Made by a program: the position numbers and the translations under genes. This document shows positions 61,417 to 64,000 of a stretch of 64,000 nucleotides of DNA, piece after piece. The notes under the pieces were generated by a model. That model made no database searches, had not been told where the DNA came from, and was given only the letters and a program-made list of their open reading frames with translations. Origin of the DNA: Psilocybe cubensis (Eukaryota); NCBI GenBank assembly GCA_017499595.2, contig CM039005.1, positions 2,542,001-2,606,000 on the forward strand. The letters are read 5' to 3'. Positions within the stretch are counted from its first letter, which is position 1. Each line of letters starts with the position of its first letter.

Positions 61417-62692
61417 CTAGCGACTCCTACGTGCGGGGCCTAGTATCCTAGTACATAACAGACATCTCTGTTTGTATTCCTTCGATTCCTCAGTCCGACA
61501 GCCTTGTTTTGGCCGCCTTTGAGTGCCATCATATGTCCCGACCGGCCATCTTTTGCCATCCGGTCCCAGTTGCCGACAGAGGCATACCTTCTTCTCTTCT
61601 GTGCACTCTTCTTCGGCTTTCTTGGACAATTTTGGGGCCCTGGAGGTATTATATGCAACATATCAGTCATCAGCAATGTTCATTAATGATAGAGTTCGTA
61701 GACACGTACCTCGACCCACTGCCACTCTGAAGTGGCTCATCCTCCCACTTCCTCTTCCTGGAATTTTCCGCCTGCCCCTCACTCAATGCCCTATTCACTC
61801 CATGAATCAGACATGTATCCAACGAGAGGGAACAAAGACAAAAATTTCATACCTTTGATTTTGGGCTGGATTGTGCCCGTCCGCTCCAACGAGGGGTAGA
61901 ATTCCAATTTCTGGAATCTCCTCCGAATCAAATGTAAAAATTTTTGCTTTTAGTTCTCTCTCCTGTTGAGAGAACATTGGCTGGGTTGTCGTGCCGTGAC
62001 TGGTTCCTCTTTGAAACCGTGCCGCTGCTTGAGGCATACTAATTGTGGTTTGTGACGCAACCCGCATGTCGTATGGATCAGACATAGCTGATGAAAATGC
62101 ATTCAAAGTTATTGAATGCGAATATGGGTATGCGGCACCGAACTCTCCCAACATGGACCCTAACTGGGGACTCTGGAACAGACCTTGAGTGCCGTAGCCG
62201 TTGTTCCAATTCGTCGGACCCACCAGGACACTTGCATGTCCATCCCGGACAAATGAGTCGCCAGATAGGTAATCCCTGGCAAACCTGTCCTCGTCGTTTG
62301 AAACAAGACCTGATTGCTGAGCCAATGCAAAGAGGTCCACGGGTATAGCAGGCTCGCTGCTCGAATGATAGTGGATTGTTAAATCGGGAGGAAAGACAAA
62401 ATCTGAGCCAGCGGGCTCCTCGGATATTTGTATCCATATTTCTGGTGGGCCTGCGTGAGTGAAATCAATATCAGTTGAGTATAGCTGCACTTTTCAAATA
62501 TAACGAGCCACTACCTGTGGAGATGGAGTTCCTGGCTGCTGGGCCTATGGGAATAGAGGGTGATTTAGCTGTGAGTGAAATCAATGTCAGTTGAGTATAG
62601 CTTCGCGTTAGAACTTAATGATCACTACCTGTGGAGGTGGAGTTTCTGGCTGCTGGGCCTGCGGGAGTAGAGGGTGATTTAGCAGCGTCCAT
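61417..62692 (-). CDS. Hypothetical protein (about 339 aa, 5 exons), paralog of 32001-33305
   Basis: Exons 62692-62629, 62568-62515, 62450-61853, 61790-61710 and 61639-61417 splice in frame (1,020 nt). It contains SRKRKWEDEPLQSGSGSR and VCLCRQLG...GC...RCLLC. Confidence 0.72.
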
Positions 62693-63882
62693 TCTGTATG
62701 TATGATTGGGAGAGTGCGTTCGGTGAGTGAGATGAAAAAATTGATGTCTAAAAGTATAGAAAGGTGGCCTTTTAAATCGTCAAGTTGAGGTAGGGTGTGC
62801 CTATGTACGTGAGGTTTGGGTCTTTCACTAATTACTCGAATTGAATGTATGGCTGACACACTTGCCGATGCGCAGTGAATGATCGCTGTTCATTTCCGAT
62901 TGACATGCATTGCAGTGCACTGGAGTGTACCCATACGTGATCGATACCACTGTTCCAGTCCAAATAATCCAGTTTTATACTGACTCGAGGTTGAAATTTC
63001 ACTTTGAGGCAGTTTGACCGACATCACTTGTTCCTCGCGGCATGCGCATCACGCATGCAACGTGGTGGCAGTGAGGTGGATATGCCAGTGCGTGTGAACC
63101 TTTCAAGTCGCCCAATCTCGTCCAATCCGCAACTTATCTAACTGAAAAACAGGGGTCAAATCCCAAACAGTGTAGAACTACCTGCCAGGATCTCGGAGCC
63201 TATCGTCTGTCACGGCCAATTATGATAATTAACCGGATGGCTTGCGTGAGCCAGAGTCAAGTCTTCTGAGCAGCAGCATTATATTATAGTATTCACAATC
63301 GTATGTTTTTCGGCGTATTGGGATGTTGTCTATCCCGACCTCGAACCAAGAATATGCTCGCTTAAATATATTCAGTATCCCAGACAGCATGCCTTTCTCA
63401 TATACCCATTTTTCCGTTCCTATTGCAGTTCCCATACACCGTTCCCTCCCATCTACATGCTCATCTAAGCTACAATCCCAATTCTTAAAATATTGACAAA
63501 CCCCTCAATATATATCTGCTGCGCCTCTCATTGCGTAATCCACAGCAATAAATCAGAGCGGAATCCCGCCCGGGGCTATTAAGCACTGTACGTCCCAGGG
63601 AGTCTTGCTTTGCAGTCTTCTTCCGTGCTGAACGTCCCTGTCGGATTCCATGAAATGCCCGTTTCACGCCCGAGGCCCGGGATATTGCAGAGTCAATATT
63701 TGACGGTTGCGTGGGAGGTGTATCTTCTGGAATTGTGATGGCATAAGTGAACTTTTCACAATATAAAGATGGGTCATTTACATGTGGACATCGTTTCTTC
63801 AGCGCTATTGGCAGTCACTTTGATGGGTGAACTGACGGTATCATAATTTGATACTTCGAGTTTGCCATGACTATCTGCGATG

Positions 63883-64000
63883 CTAGAAACAAGAACAACA
63901 TGCAGCATATCAGTCAACAGCGACGTTCATTAAAGAAGTTTTCAGACACGTACCTTGACCCACTACCGCTCTGAAGCGGCTCATCCCCCTGGTTTCTCTT
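63883..64000 (-). other. Fragment of a further family member (KRNQGDEPLQSGSGSR exon plus intron), continuing off the right edge
   Basis: Near-identical to the reverse complement of 43451-43530. Confidence 0.7.

Overview
This window is eukaryotic, intron-rich fungal DNA, most likely from an agaric basidiomycete (50-70 nt introns, zinc-finger-less White Collar-1, KDZ and Plavaka transposases). Bases 1-32 kb are a nested transposon cluster. It holds a KDZ/CxC2 transposase relic, two Plavaka relics, two young Ty1/Copia elements with intact LTRs, TSDs and PBS, two Tc1 (DD34E) copies, and two foldback-like long-TIR elements that share a non-coding core. Bases 32-44 kb and 59-64 kb hold local segmental duplications, a lineage-specific gene family with an NLS and Cys-rich tail, a hAT MITE and wc-1 relics. 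Bases 45-58 kb carry a microsatellite-inflated wc-1 photoreceptor gene (about 2,233 aa) and rpl10. Best leads: (1) a Copia LTR that contains an intron-bearing segment followed by its exact spliced copy, suggesting a splicing-proof, self-regenerating LTR; (2) a duplicated multi-intron non-coding unit with a highly conserved, strongly base-paired core of about 370 nt; (3) a foldback element with a 7-bp TSD whose core is shared with a CACTAG-ended foldback next to a KDZ transposase. All comparisons and translations were done by eye.
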